This document shows positions 53,826 through 63,436 of a stretch of DNA of 64,000 bases, in pieces. The position numbers were made by a program, and so were the translations under genes. Every line of letters starts with the position of its first letter. The stretch's first letter is position 1. A model generated the notes under the pieces. That model was not told where the DNA came from, searched no databases, and saw only the letters and a list, made by a program, of their open reading frames with translations. Source of the DNA: a bacterium (GTDB taxonomy: Bacteria > Patescibacteriota > Minisyncoccia > Sungbacterales > HO2-52-23); the NCBI GenBank assembly GCA_030697705.1, contig JAUYPE010000006.1, positions 4,686-68,685 of the forward strand, in the 5' to 3' direction.

Positions 53826-54059
53826 ATGGTTGAAGTACGAAGACGGGAACACGAAACGATAGGTGCGATGTTGCGCCGCTTCACGCGTCGCGTCCAGCAG
53901 TCGGGCGTGCTTATGCAGGTACGCAAAAAGCGCTTCTATAAGTCCGCACCAACCCGCCGCGCCATACGCGCTGGCGCCCTGCGCCGCACCGAGGTGACGC
54001 GCGAGCGAATCAAGCTTCAGAAGCTCGGCAAGCTTAACGAGGAGGAGCGGCGGAAATAA
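53826..54059 (+). CDS. rpsU: 30S ribosomal protein bS21
   Basis: MVEVRRREHETIGAMLRRFTRRVQQSGVLMQVRKKRFYKSAPTRR parallels the bS21 consensus (VxVRENExxDxALRRFKRxxxKAGVLxEVRRRxxYEKP). Confidence 0.8.
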   Translation: MVEVRRREHETIGAMLRRFTRRVQQSGVLMQVRKKRFYKSAPTRRAIRAGALRRTEVTRERIKLQKLGKLNEEERRK

Positions 54060-54078
54060 AGTAGGAGGTGTAATCAGA

Positions 54079-54188
54079 GTCATTCCGAGCGTGAGCGACT
54101 GCCAGGAGGCGTCCCGTGAGGGGGGAATTCCGTTAATATTCAGCATACTGAAATTGTACGGGATCCTTCGCTACGCTCTGGATGACGG
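54079..54188. repeat. palindromic MITE-like repeat, copy F (intergenic, opposite orientation)
   Basis: gtcattccgagcgtgagcgactgccaggaggcgtcccgtgaggggggaattccgttaatattcagcatactgaaattgtacgggatccttcgctacgctctggatgacgg. Confidence 0.75.
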
Positions 54189-54201
54189 AGTTGTTTTTGC
54201 T

Positions 54202-54663
54202 ATGACTCTCCAAGAGCGGATTATCGCAGACATGAAGGATGCCATGCGGGCTCATGACGAGCTCCGTGTTTCTGTTTTGCGGATGCTTATCGCCGCGGTA
54301 AAAAACAAAGAAATTGCCGAGCGGGGACGAGGGAAGAGCGGTGAGTTGTCCGATGATGAGGTTTTGGCGGTATTCAAGACGGAGGTAAAAAAGCGGCGCG
54401 ACGGTGCGGAGGGATTCCGCGTGGGCGGGCGCTCTGAATCTGCGGAAAAAGAAGACGCCGAACGGTTGATGATCGAGCTCTATCTTCCTGCCGAACTCTC
54501 GGATGAGGAGATAAAAAAACTCGTCCAACCGCTTGCGGAAGGACGAGGTGCTGATGAGTTCGGTCGCGTTATGGGTGCGGCGATGAAAGCCGTTGCAGGT
54601 CGTGCGAACGGCGACCGTATCGGTGCAATCGTGAAGAAGATGCTTGGCGGGGTAAAGACCTAG
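54202..54663 (+). CDS. GatB/YqeY-domain protein
   Basis: LQERIIADMKDAMRAHDELRVSVLRMLIAAVKNKEI matches the YqeY N-terminus; ATG at 54202 chosen because the upstream part of the ORF is MITE copy F. Confidence 0.7.
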   Translation: MTLQERIIADMKDAMRAHDELRVSVLRMLIAAVKNKEIAERGRGKSGELSDDEVLAVFKTEVKKRRDGAEGFRVGGRSESAEKEDAERLMIELYLPAELSDEEIKKLVQPLAEGRGADEFGRVMGAAMKAVAGRANGDRIGAIVKKMLGGVKT

Positions 54664-55208
54664 CGGAGACAGCAGAACTGGAAGTCTAATTGATATCGGA
54701 AGCCACTGGTAAGATCTTCGGGATCTTCTGCGAATAGAATACGCTCGGCTCCGCAGATACGAAAAGGATCTCTTCTGTTCCAGTAGCATCTATACTCAAA
54801 ACCATCTTCGATCAGACAATTGGAAATTGGTCCCCGAAACAGAGATGTAGTGTCGACTCTCTTGAGCATGCTCTCCAAAAACGCGAATGTCTTTTTTACT
54901 TGCCTCGGATCTCCAAGAGCATACCCATCATACGCCATGTGTGCAATTGGAACAAAAGGACCGAACTCATCGGTGCGCTCAAAATACATCTCGCGGCCGA
55001 AAAATGGATTATCAAGCGGGCCAGTTCCGTCCCACTGGTCTGTAAAACGCCACTGCGGCCAGCGCTCGTCATTGAATGTATACATCCAGCCGCCATGAGA
55101 AAGTTGTATGGCTCTCGTCTCTCCTCCTGAAGCGTAGGTCTTCTGTTTTGCCGTAACCATGAACTCAAGAAAGTTATGGTCGTCAAGGAGTGTTTTTGGC
55201 TGTGCCAT
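54660..55208 (-). CDS. hypothetical protein
   Basis: 182 aa, W/F-rich soluble protein; no motif recognised. Confidence 0.45.
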   Translation of the reverse strand: MAQPKTLLDDHNFLEFMVTAKQKTYASGGETRAIQLSHGGWMYTFNDERWPQWRFTDQWDGTGPLDNPFFGREMYFERTDEFGPFVPIAHMAYDGYALGDPRQVKKTFAFLESMLKRVDTTSLFRGPISNCLIEDGFEYRCYWNRRDPFRICGAERILFAEDPEDLTSGFRYQLDFQFCCLR

Positions 55209-55228
55209 GGTCTACTTCCTCTCAAAAT

Positions 55229-55636
55229 ATGAAGGTGCATATTCAATCAACACTAACGACTATAATAGATTCTCCATCTAGTTTTGTCAACTCTCTTCCT
55301 GCTATAATCAAGAGACGATTACCAGAAGAGATTGCCATCGTCAGCGTCTCGTCCAAGGAGTCGCAAAAGTTAAACCGTCTCTATCGCACAAAAGACAGAC
55401 CGACGAATGTCCTGTCTTTTTTTTATGATAAAACCTACGGTGAAATTATCGTCTGTCCGGCGGCTATCCGCGCGGAAGCAAGGGTGGCGGGGAATTCTTA
55501 TAAATACCAGATGACATGGATGATAGTGCATGGTATGATCCATCTGGCGGGGGTCCATCATGAAGTATCGGCTATGGCGGAACAGGAGTTTGAACGGATT
55601 GAACGGCGAGCGCGGCAAAACATCAAGAACGAATGA
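55229..55636 (+). CDS. ybeY: rRNA maturation endoribonuclease YbeY
   Basis: Zinc-binding motif HGMIHLAGVHH (H-x-x-x-H-x-x-G-x-x-H). Confidence 0.85.
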   Translation: MKVHIQSTLTTIIDSPSSFVNSLPAIIKRRLPEEIAIVSVSSKESQKLNRLYRTKDRPTNVLSFFYDKTYGEIIVCPAAIRAEARVAGNSYKYQMTWMIVHGMIHLAGVHHEVSAMAEQEFERIERRARQNIKNE

Positions 55637-55637
55637 T

Positions 55638-55958
55638 ATGAACACGGTACCGAAAAAAATACAGGAGGTCGTGGATAAAATTGTTCGGGAGTATCAACCG
55701 GAGAAAATAATTCTCTTCGGCTCATGGGCGTGGGGAACGCCACACGAAGACAGTGATGTGGATTTGTTTATTATGAAAGAGAGCGAGCAAAAAAGGATAG
55801 ATCGCGAGCGAGAACTAAGAAAAAAACTCTATGGTAATAGATTCCCGCCTCTGGATCTGTTTATGTATACACCCGCAGAAACGGCGCGCAGATTATCCAT
55901 GGATGATTTTTTTATAAAGGAAATTATAGAAAAGGGAAAAGTATTGTATGCAAAATAA
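55638..55958 (+). CDS. minimal nucleotidyltransferase (MNT) of an MNT/HEPN pair
   Basis: KIILFGSWAWGTPHEDSDVDLFI = GS...G...S/DxD nucleotidyltransferase motif; 106 aa; overlaps the HEPN gene by 11 nt. Confidence 0.75.
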   Translation: MNTVPKKIQEVVDKIVREYQPEKIILFGSWAWGTPHEDSDVDLFIMKESEQKRIDRERELRKKLYGNRFPPLDLFMYTPAETARRLSMDDFFIKEIIEKGKVLYAK

Positions 55959-57120
55959 ATTTTCTTCTCAAGAACTACTCGTAGCGGAGTGGATTAAACG
56001 CGGAGAAGACGACGAGCAGAATGTTCGTTCAATTCTTCTGCATCGCGATGGCACGCCAAATGCGGCTTGTCTTCTTTCACATCAGATGGCGGAGAAGTAC
56101 CTGAAAGCTTTTTTGGTTTTGACTAAAAAATGGTTTCCGAGAATACATCCATTGGATAAGTTGGTGGAACTTTGTGAAGAAATTGACATTTCTTTTAGAG
56201 AGTTAAATGATACTGCCGCTGATCTCAATCCGTTTTATACTCCCGCGCGATATCCGGGCGATTATCCTGATTTTTCGTGGAAAGATGCTGAAGAAGCATC
56301 TCTCTTAGCATTACGCATTAAAGAATTTGTACTCCCACGGCTTGAAACAGGAAGGGAAAAACAAGAAAAGAATGGTTTTGGTATCATCGGCATTTTGATC
56401 ACCGTTGCGACTATTGTGCTTGTCGGTGGTGGCGGGTTGTATGTGTGGGAGATTCAGCAACAAAAAGCCATTGAACAAATCGGGATTGAAAAAATCAAAG
56501 AAGGTCAAACGGTTCTATTTGGCAACGAAGCAGGCAAACTCTGCGGTCCGCAACCCCCGGTAATCTGTCAGGTGGGATTTGCGTTGGGATGCCGGATTGC
56601 CGACAAGCAATGGGGTTGCTATCCTGTTGATAACAGCGCTGATACCTCCACATGGAAGACCTACCGGAATGAAAAACATGGGTTTGAGGTGATGTATCCA
56701 ATTGGATTTACATTAAGTGCTGAAACAGAAAATGAAATAATATTTACCCACCGTCTGATAAGCGGATATCAAATTAGTATAAAAAAATATAATTGCGAGA
56801 ATATTAGCATTGATCGATGTAGTGTGCAAAACATTTTTGATGTTTCTAGGGAATCACTAGATGAGGTAATTGAAAACCACGAGTTCGTTAGTGAGGCACA
56901 GACGATAATAGTTGCTGGGCAAAAAGCCAAGACATTCACCTGGTTTACGATAGGAGATGGAGCGCGCTTGATACTTGTACCCCATCCAACAAAAAAATAT
57001 TTATATGATATTGGTGTGTCTTTTGGATTTGATCCGGGAAGTGGTAGAAACCGAGAAGATGTAGCACTGGATACTGAAACTGTTTCGATGCTCATCAATA
57101 GCTTCAAATTTACCAAATAA
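55948..57120 (+). CDS. HEPN-domain protein fused to a transmembrane segment and a 230-aa C-terminal extracytoplasmic domain
   Basis: N-terminal 130 aa: HEPN-like helices and ...LSHQMAEKYLKAFL...; then TM GFGIIGILITVATIVLVGGGGLYVW; Cys-containing beta-rich C-terminal domain; no stop codon or obvious internal start between the parts. Confidence 0.55.
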   Translation: MQNKFSSQELLVAEWIKRGEDDEQNVRSILLHRDGTPNAACLLSHQMAEKYLKAFLVLTKKWFPRIHPLDKLVELCEEIDISFRELNDTAADLNPFYTPARYPGDYPDFSWKDAEEASLLALRIKEFVLPRLETGREKQEKNGFGIIGILITVATIVLVGGGGLYVWEIQQQKAIEQIGIEKIKEGQTVLFGNEAGKLCGPQPPVICQVGFALGCRIADKQWGCYPVDNSADTSTWKTYRNEKHGFEVMYPIGFTLSAETENEIIFTHRLISGYQISIKKYNCENISIDRCSVQNIFDVSRESLDEVIENHEFVSEAQTIIVAGQKAKTFTWFTIGDGARLILVPHPTKKYLYDIGVSFGFDPGSGRNREDVALDTETVSMLINSFKFTK

Positions 57121-57142
57121 TTTTAGGACTTACGCATTTTAT

Positions 57143-57233
57143 CCGTCATTCAAGGTGTAGCGAAGGATTTTTCGTACGATTTCAGTATACTGAAAATAGT
57201 AACGGGATTCCTCGCGGGTGCTCGGAATGACGG
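57143..57233. repeat. palindromic MITE-like repeat, copy G (intergenic upstream of ftsA)
   Basis: ccgtcattcaaggtgtagcgaaggatttttcgtacgatttcagtatactgaaaatagtaacgggattcctcgcgggtgctcggaatgacgg. Confidence 0.75.
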
Positions 57234-57292
57234 ATAGGGGAGAGAGAAGGTCTCCTTTTGTTATCATTCTTTATTCTTACTTCTTCATTTCT

Positions 57293-58528
57293 ATGGCGGC
57301 GCGTACTATTATTGCGGCATTGGATGTGGGTACCTCAACCGTGCAGACGGTTGTGGCGGAGCGTGCCCGCGGGGAGCAGGAGCTCCATATTTTGGGTGTA
57401 GGCATCGTGCCGTCGCAGGGTATTCGCCGCGGCGCAGTGGTTGATCTGGAGGAGGCGACAGCCGCGATTCGGGCATCAGCCGAGGCGGCGAGCCGCGCGG
57501 CGGGCGTACCGGTAACATCGGTGTGGCTTTCCGTCGGCGGATCGCAGGTTTCCGTCTCGTCTTCGCGGGGTGTTATTGCCGTCTCGCGTGCGGACGGGGA
57601 AATCTCGCCCGAGGATGTGCGGCGCGCTATTGCGGCGGCCGAGACATTCGTCCCGAGAAATCCCAATAAAGAGACGCTCCATATCATTCCCCGCGATTTC
57701 AAAGTGGACCACGAGAGCGGGGTGAAGGATCCCGTGGGGATGCACGGTGTGCGGCTGGAGGTGGATACGCTTATTATAGAGTGCTCTAGTCCGTTTTTAA
57801 AAAATCTTATTAAATGCGTGGAAGGGGCGGGACTTCGCGTTGAGGATTATGTATTCGGACCGCTTGCTGCCGCCGAGGTGGCGCTCACGAAGCGGCAAAA
57901 AGAACTTGGTGTCATGCTGGTGGATATCGGCGGCGGGACGGCGAGTTTTATTATTTTTGACGAGGGAATGCCAGTGCATGCTGGTGTTTTACCCGTAGGC
58001 GGGATGCACATTACCAACGATGTTGCCATTGGATTTCGTACGCATGTGGATGTCGCCGAGGCGATGAAGTGCACGCATGGCTCATGCTTGCCTACGCTCT
58101 TCACTAAAAAAGACAACATCCGGCTTGCGGAATTCATACCTGACGAGAGCGCGGTCTATTCGCGCCGTGAGCTTGCCGAAATGATCGAGGCGCGACTTCA
58201 TGATATCTTTGAACTGCTTCGCAAGGAGCTCAAAAAAATAGATCGGCGCCACTTACTTCCGGCTGGCGTCATTCTTACGGGAGGGTCATCGGTTTTACCG
58301 GGTGTGGTGCAGGCGACGCGCGAGGAGTTCGGTTTGCCCGTGGAGGCTGGGCAGCTCCATATGGGGGATAATTTGGATGAGCGGCTCACGCCTTCCCTTG
58401 CCGCCGCATGCGGTGTGCTTGCATGGGCGAATCAGCACACGACCACCTCCTTCTCTCTTTTTGAGGAGCACTCGCTTCGTGTGCGGAAAAGCAAGGTGGT
58501 GAGGTGGCTTAAATCTCTCCTGCCCTAG
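57293..58528 (+). CDS. ftsA: cell division protein FtsA
   Basis: Actin-fold N-terminus IIAALDVGTSTVQTVVAE...; ...DIGGGTASFIIF...; 411 aa. Confidence 0.9.
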   Translation: MAARTIIAALDVGTSTVQTVVAERARGEQELHILGVGIVPSQGIRRGAVVDLEEATAAIRASAEAASRAAGVPVTSVWLSVGGSQVSVSSSRGVIAVSRADGEISPEDVRRAIAAAETFVPRNPNKETLHIIPRDFKVDHESGVKDPVGMHGVRLEVDTLIIECSSPFLKNLIKCVEGAGLRVEDYVFGPLAAAEVALTKRQKELGVMLVDIGGGTASFIIFDEGMPVHAGVLPVGGMHITNDVAIGFRTHVDVAEAMKCTHGSCLPTLFTKKDNIRLAEFIPDESAVYSRRELAEMIEARLHDIFELLRKELKKIDRRHLLPAGVILTGGSSVLPGVVQATREEFGLPVEAGQLHMGDNLDERLTPSLAAACGVLAWANQHTTTSFSLFEEHSLRVRKSKVVRWLKSLLP

Positions 58529-58757
58529 GGTGGTTGTGAGGTCTGAAAAGGTGGGTATAAGGTGTGGAAGAGGTGGGGATGAATTTTGGTATGCGATGCA
58601 CTCTTGGGGTACTAAGGGCTTTTTTGGCTCACAGTGTGATTTTTTTGATAAAAATGATACCTGCTTGCAGGCGAAGAGTGCGCATGGTACAAGGTAAGGG
58701 TATGGTTATGCTTAAGAGAGCGGTTGATCGTGATGGGCTGATAAATTTTTAAATGAT

Positions 58758-59861
58758 ATGCCCCAACAAAAACCAGATATTGAAACCTACGCGCGCATCA
58801 AAGTTGTCGGCGTGGGCGGCGGCGGTGGCAAGGCCGTGACGCGTATGATTGACCACAAGATCAGCGGCGTTGATTTCATTACCATCAATACCGACGCGCA
58901 GGATCTGCACTTTACCAAGGCGCGGACGAAAATTCACGTGGGTAAAAATTTGACCAAAGGACTCGGTGCGGGCATGAATCCTGAAGTGGGGCGCCAGGCC
59001 GCGGAAGAAAACCGCGACGAGATTCATGAAGCGCTCAAAGGCGCGGATATGATTTTTCTCACCGGCGGGCTCGGAGGCGGGACATGTTCGGGTGCCTCGC
59101 CCATTGTGGCGGAGGTGGCGCGCGAGGCGGGTGCGTTGGTTATCGGCGTCGTTACTAAGCCCTTCAGTTTTGAGGGTATCCAGCGTGCGCGTCTTGCCGA
59201 AGAGGCGTGGCAATTACTGCGTGATCGGGTCGACGCGCTCATTACCATCCACAATGACCGCATGCTTGGCGTTATCGGCAAAGAAACGCCGTTGCTTGGG
59301 GCGTTTGCGATTTGCGATGACGTACTTCGCCAGGCGGTGCAAGGAATCTCTGATTTAATTATTACGCCGGGTATCATCAATGTTGATTTTGCGGACGTGC
59401 GGGCAATTATGTCCGATGCCGGTTCCGCGCTTATGGGCGTGGGTCTGGGATCAGGGGAAGATCGTGCGGTAGTTGCGGCGCGCGCGGCCGTCAGCTCGCC
59501 TTTGCTTGACGTTTCCATAAACGGTGCGCGTGGGGTGCTCTTTAATGTCTCGGGTGGGACGGATCTCACAATGTGGGAGATTAATGAGGCGGCGCGCGTT
59601 ATTACCGAATCCATTGACCGCGATGCGAAGGTAATTTTCGGCGCAGTGCACGATGAGCATTTGAAAAAAGGTGAGGTGAAGATCACGGTCATCGCGACGG
59701 GATTTTCCGCGCCGCACGGAGGAATTGGGTCTACTCCGCGGGCGGAAGAGCATACAGAGCATGAGGAGGAGCGGCATGCCGCGACCCCTGCCCCTGCGGA
59801 ACGATCACATCGGATGGATGATATTGACATCCCGGCATTTCTCCGCCGTCGTGGAGTGTAA
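58758..59861 (+). CDS. ftsZ: cell division GTPase FtsZ
   Basis: IKVVGVGGGGGKAVTRM (tubulin GGGTG(S/T)G signature), ...FLTGGLGGGTCSGASP..., NVDFADV T7 loop. Confidence 0.93.
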   Translation: MPQQKPDIETYARIKVVGVGGGGGKAVTRMIDHKISGVDFITINTDAQDLHFTKARTKIHVGKNLTKGLGAGMNPEVGRQAAEENRDEIHEALKGADMIFLTGGLGGGTCSGASPIVAEVAREAGALVIGVVTKPFSFEGIQRARLAEEAWQLLRDRVDALITIHNDRMLGVIGKETPLLGAFAICDDVLRQAVQGISDLIITPGIINVDFADVRAIMSDAGSALMGVGLGSGEDRAVVAARAAVSSPLLDVSINGARGVLFNVSGGTDLTMWEINEAARVITESIDRDAKVIFGAVHDEHLKKGEVKITVIATGFSAPHGGIGSTPRAEEHTEHEEERHAATPAPAERSHRMDDIDIPAFLRRRGV

Positions 59862-59957
59862 AAAATGTTACGGATCGGTTGGAAAAAGCATCATAGCAAT
59901 AAATAAGCCGGGGATCTTGTGGATCCTCGGCTAATACTTTGTTGGCTATGGGGAGTC

Positions 59958-60344
59958 CTATTTCTCGCAGTTTTCAAAAATTTCAGGATTCTGCATAATG
60001 ACAAGTCCTGCGGTGTTAATATCAGGGTCAGGTAAAAGTCTCCGCCGCAAGATTTGTGGAACTGGCAGTAACTTTTCTAATCCCACAGGCTTCAACAGGA
60101 TTGAAATAGGATCTTTACTCGTTGTCTCGCCGATCATAATTGCGACTAAGACATCTTGATAGTGCAAGTGCACCGTCTGCATGCCTTTTTTTGGCGAGTT
60201 GACAAAGGCACTTACCTTCACATCTTTGTAAACACAGACATGATTTGGTGGTCTTGCCATTGGTTTTTTTGGTTTTGAATGAGCTATTACCGCTTGGCAA
60301 CTAACCAACATTGTGATCAGAAGCAGGATCGCAAACTTTCTCAT
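59958..60344 (-). CDS. hypothetical lipoprotein
   Basis: Signal peptide + lipobox-like MLVSC; 128 aa. Confidence 0.45.
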   Translation of the reverse strand: MRKFAILLLITMLVSCQAVIAHSKPKKPMARPPNHVCVYKDVKVSAFVNSPKKGMQTVHLHYQDVLVAIMIGETTSKDPISILLKPVGLEKLLPVPQILRRRLLPDPDINTAGLVIMQNPEIFENCEK

Positions 60345-60548
60345 ACCTTTCTCCTCGTTGTAGATAAGATCCAGGTGACCGATTGCGAATCTATCATAGT
60401 ACTTTCTTTATATTTTGTCAACCTTTACCTTTTTATCCACAGTTTTTTTGACCTGTATTTTTAAGAGGCGTATACTGCAAGCAGACACAGTGATTTTATC
60501 AATTTTCTCCGGAAAAAGTTCTCTTTCGTCCGAAAAACTCCTCTTCGG

Positions 60549-63374
60549 ATGAAAGAGTATTTTTGTCTCTCAATCTCTATGGCAAAGACAGCAGTAACAA
60601 GCGAGATGGCGGGTGTTTTGGGGGGTAAGGCGCATATAGGGGCGAGGGATTTAAAGAAACGACTGCCGTTGAAGCGGATGTTTACTAAGGAAGGCGTTCA
60701 TCCTTTTGATAAAATTGCGTGGAAGCAGGTGCGCGTAATGGTGCGCGGGAGCGGGATGAATACCACCGCCGAGGAGCGGGAGCTTGAGTTTCCCGAATTT
60801 TGGTCCGACAACGCGACGAGCATCGCTGGCTCTAAGTATTTCCGTGGACGCATCGGTTCCGCGGGACGCGAGACATCCGTGCGCTCTATGATTACGCGCG
60901 TGGTGACTGTCATCCGCGGATGGGGCGTGGAGTTCGGCTATTTTGACGGCGCGGCGGAGGCGGATATTTTTGCGGCGGAGCTCACCCATATTCTTCTGCA
61001 TCAAAAAGCGGCGTTTAACTCGCCCGTGTGGTTTAATGTTGGTGTAGAAAGCCCGCCCCAGTGCTCGGCATGCTTTATCCTCGCGGTGGAGGACAGTATG
61101 GAGTCTATTTTGGAGTGGATTACCACCGAGGGAATGATTTTCAAACGCGGTTCGGGTGCTGGTGTGAATCTCTCACCGCTTCGCTCCACGAAAGAAACGC
61201 TCACCCATGGCGGACGCTCCTCGGGACCGGTCTCGTTTATGCGGGGTGGGGATGCGGTGGCGGGGATGATCGCCTCGGGTGGTTCCACGCGGCGCGCGGC
61301 AAAGATGGTGGTGATGAATATTGATCATCCCGACATCATGCAGTTTATTCGTTGCAAGGCGGAGGAGGAGAAAAAAGTCCACGCGCTGATTAAAGCGGGG
61401 TACAATATGTACGACCTCAACAATCCCGCATGGAACTCCATTCAATATCAAAATGCCAACAACTCTGTGCGCGTGACCGACGAATTCATGCACGCCGTGG
61501 AGGAGGATGAGACGATTGCGACGCGTTATATCACGACAGGCGAGATTGCCAGCGAATACAAAGCTCGCGAACTCATGCGCGAGATTGCGCAGGCGGCGTG
61601 GGAGTCGGGGGATCCGGGCATGCAGTATGACACGACGATTAACCGCTGGCACACCGCAAGCAACACCGGACGGATCAATGCGTCAAACCCGTGTTCAGAA
61701 TATATGCACTTGGATAACAGCGCATGTAATCTCGCTTCTATCAATCTTCTGAAGTACCTCGATGCCGACGGCTCGTTTGCGGTGCGTGATTTCGCGCACA
61801 CGGTTGATATTATGATTCTTGCCCAAGAGATTGTCGTGGATGGCTCGCGCTATCCGACGGAAAAAATCGCTAAGAATTCACATGATTTTCGCCAACTTGG
61901 GCTCGGATTTGCCAATTTGGGCGCGCTTCTGATGACCTGGGGATATCCCTACGACTCGGAGCGGGCGCGGCATACCGCAGGAGCGCTCACGGCGCTTATG
62001 TGCGGTGAGGCGTACCGTTACTCGGCCGAGATAGCACGGCGCATGGGACCGTTTGCCGGCTATGCCATAAATCGCGAACCGATGCTCGGCGTTTTGGCGA
62101 TGCATCGCGACGGCATGCGGCGCGTGAGGCGCGACCGCACGGCCGACGCGGCAATTCACGAGGCGGCGCAAAAAAGCTGGGACGAAGCATTGGCGCTCGG
62201 CACGAAATACGGCGTGCGCAATTCGCAGGTGACCGTTATTGCACCGACGGGTACCATCGCGCTCATGATGGACTGTGCGACGACGGGCGTGGAGCCGGAG
62301 TTTGCGCTCGTAAAGATGAAAAAACTCGTCGGTGGTGGGACGATGAAATTCGTCAATACTTCGGTTTCGGCCGCATTGGATAAGTTGGGTTACGGCAAAG
62401 AGGCGACCATTGAGATTGTCGCGTATCTGGAAAGAACCGGTACAATTGAAGGTGCGCCGCATATCAAAGACGAGCACTTGGCGGTCTTTGACTGCGCCAT
62501 TCAGCCGGCGAACGGCAAGCGCTCCATCTCATGGCAGGGGCATGTCAAAATGGTTGCCGCCGTTCAGCAATTCATCTCCGGCGCGATTTCCAAGACCTTC
62601 AATATGCCTGCTGAAACGACGGTGGAGGAGATTATGGATGCCTATATGATGGGATGGAAGCTGGAGCTTAAGGCGTTTGCTGTCTACCGCGACGGATCCA
62701 AAGCCGCCCAGCCGCTCACGGTGGCGGGTGACACGAAGGGTGGGAAAAAAGAAGAAATAACGCACAAGCCTCTCCGCCGCCATCTGCCCGCAACGCGCGC
62801 GTCCGAAACGCATAAGTTCTCCATCGCCGGTCATGAGGGATTTTTAACCTACAGCATGTATGAAGACGGCGCGCTTGCCGAGATTTTTATCCGCATGTCA
62901 AAACAGGGCTCAACACTCGCTGGTTTATTAGATGTCTTTGCCATCGCCGTTTCTATTGCGCTCCAATATGGCGTGCCGCTTAAAACGATGACGCGCCGCT
63001 TCTCCTACGGTCGTTTTGAGCCTGCCGGCTACACGGATAATCCCGCCATTCAGGTGGCAACCTCCATCACGGATTATATCTTCCGGTATCTCGCGATACG
63101 CTTCCTTCCGGAAGCCGATCTTGATGAGTTAGGAATAAAAGCACCCGTTAAAGAAATTGAGGTATCGGGAGAAAAAACGGATCTGCCCGCCATGCACAGT
63201 AGCGTAACACCGGCTCCCTCGCTGGTTGTAGAGGAGCATCGAGAGACGGTGCGGAGTGAGATAAAGACCGTAGTATATGCGGACAGCGTCTGCCGCCAGT
63301 GCGGGGGGATGCTTATCCAGACAGGCACGTGCAAAACCTGTATCCAATGCGGCACGAGTAACGGAGGGTGTTGA
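60549..63374 (+). CDS. nrdJ: adenosylcobalamin-dependent (class II) ribonucleotide reductase
   Basis: Active-site region NPCSEYMHLDNSACNLASINL; ATP-cone-less class II architecture; C-terminal zinc ribbon CRQCGGMLIQTGTCKTCIQCG; 941 aa; alternative start at 60579. Confidence 0.88.
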   Translation: MKEYFCLSISMAKTAVTSEMAGVLGGKAHIGARDLKKRLPLKRMFTKEGVHPFDKIAWKQVRVMVRGSGMNTTAEERELEFPEFWSDNATSIAGSKYFRGRIGSAGRETSVRSMITRVVTVIRGWGVEFGYFDGAAEADIFAAELTHILLHQKAAFNSPVWFNVGVESPPQCSACFILAVEDSMESILEWITTEGMIFKRGSGAGVNLSPLRSTKETLTHGGRSSGPVSFMRGGDAVAGMIASGGSTRRAAKMVVMNIDHPDIMQFIRCKAEEEKKVHALIKAGYNMYDLNNPAWNSIQYQNANNSVRVTDEFMHAVEEDETIATRYITTGEIASEYKARELMREIAQAAWESGDPGMQYDTTINRWHTASNTGRINASNPCSEYMHLDNSACNLASINLLKYLDADGSFAVRDFAHTVDIMILAQEIVVDGSRYPTEKIAKNSHDFRQLGLGFANLGALLMTWGYPYDSERARHTAGALTALMCGEAYRYSAEIARRMGPFAGYAINREPMLGVLAMHRDGMRRVRRDRTADAAIHEAAQKSWDEALALGTKYGVRNSQVTVIAPTGTIALMMDCATTGVEPEFALVKMKKLVGGGTMKFVNTSVSAALDKLGYGKEATIEIVAYLERTGTIEGAPHIKDEHLAVFDCAIQPANGKRSISWQGHVKMVAAVQQFISGAISKTFNMPAETTVEEIMDAYMMGWKLELKAFAVYRDGSKAAQPLTVAGDTKGGKKEEITHKPLRRHLPATRASETHKFSIAGHEGFLTYSMYEDGALAEIFIRMSKQGSTLAGLLDVFAIAVSIALQYGVPLKTMTRRFSYGRFEPAGYTDNPAIQVATSITDYIFRYLAIRFLPEADLDELGIKAPVKEIEVSGEKTDLPAMHSSVTPAPSLVVEEHRETVRSEIKTVVYADSVCRQCGGMLIQTGTCKTCIQCGTSNGGC

Positions 63375-63401
63375 TCAAGAAAATAAAAAATAGCAGAGGA
63401 T

Positions 63402-63426
63402 GAAGAATCCTCTGCTTGGCGTGCTT
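63402..63426. terminator. bidirectional intrinsic-terminator-like hairpin between convergent genes
   Basis: agcagaggatgaagaatcctctgct hairpin immediately 3' of nrdJ and 3' of the minus-strand small gene. Confidence 0.45.
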
Positions 63427-63436
63427 ATGTCTTCGC

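Noticed and set aside
4918-57233. CRISPR array formed by the repeated 30-40 bp boxes
   Set aside because: The copies are dispersed over more than 50 kb, are individually palindromic with terminal inverted repeats, and have no regular repeat-spacer periodicity. This is a MITE/REP-like family, not CRISPR.
60380-60548. Cobalamin riboswitch or NrdR box upstream of nrdJ
   Set aside because: I looked for a B12 box (GCCACTG-like) and for NrdR palindromes and found neither convincingly. The leader is AT-rich and was left unannotated.
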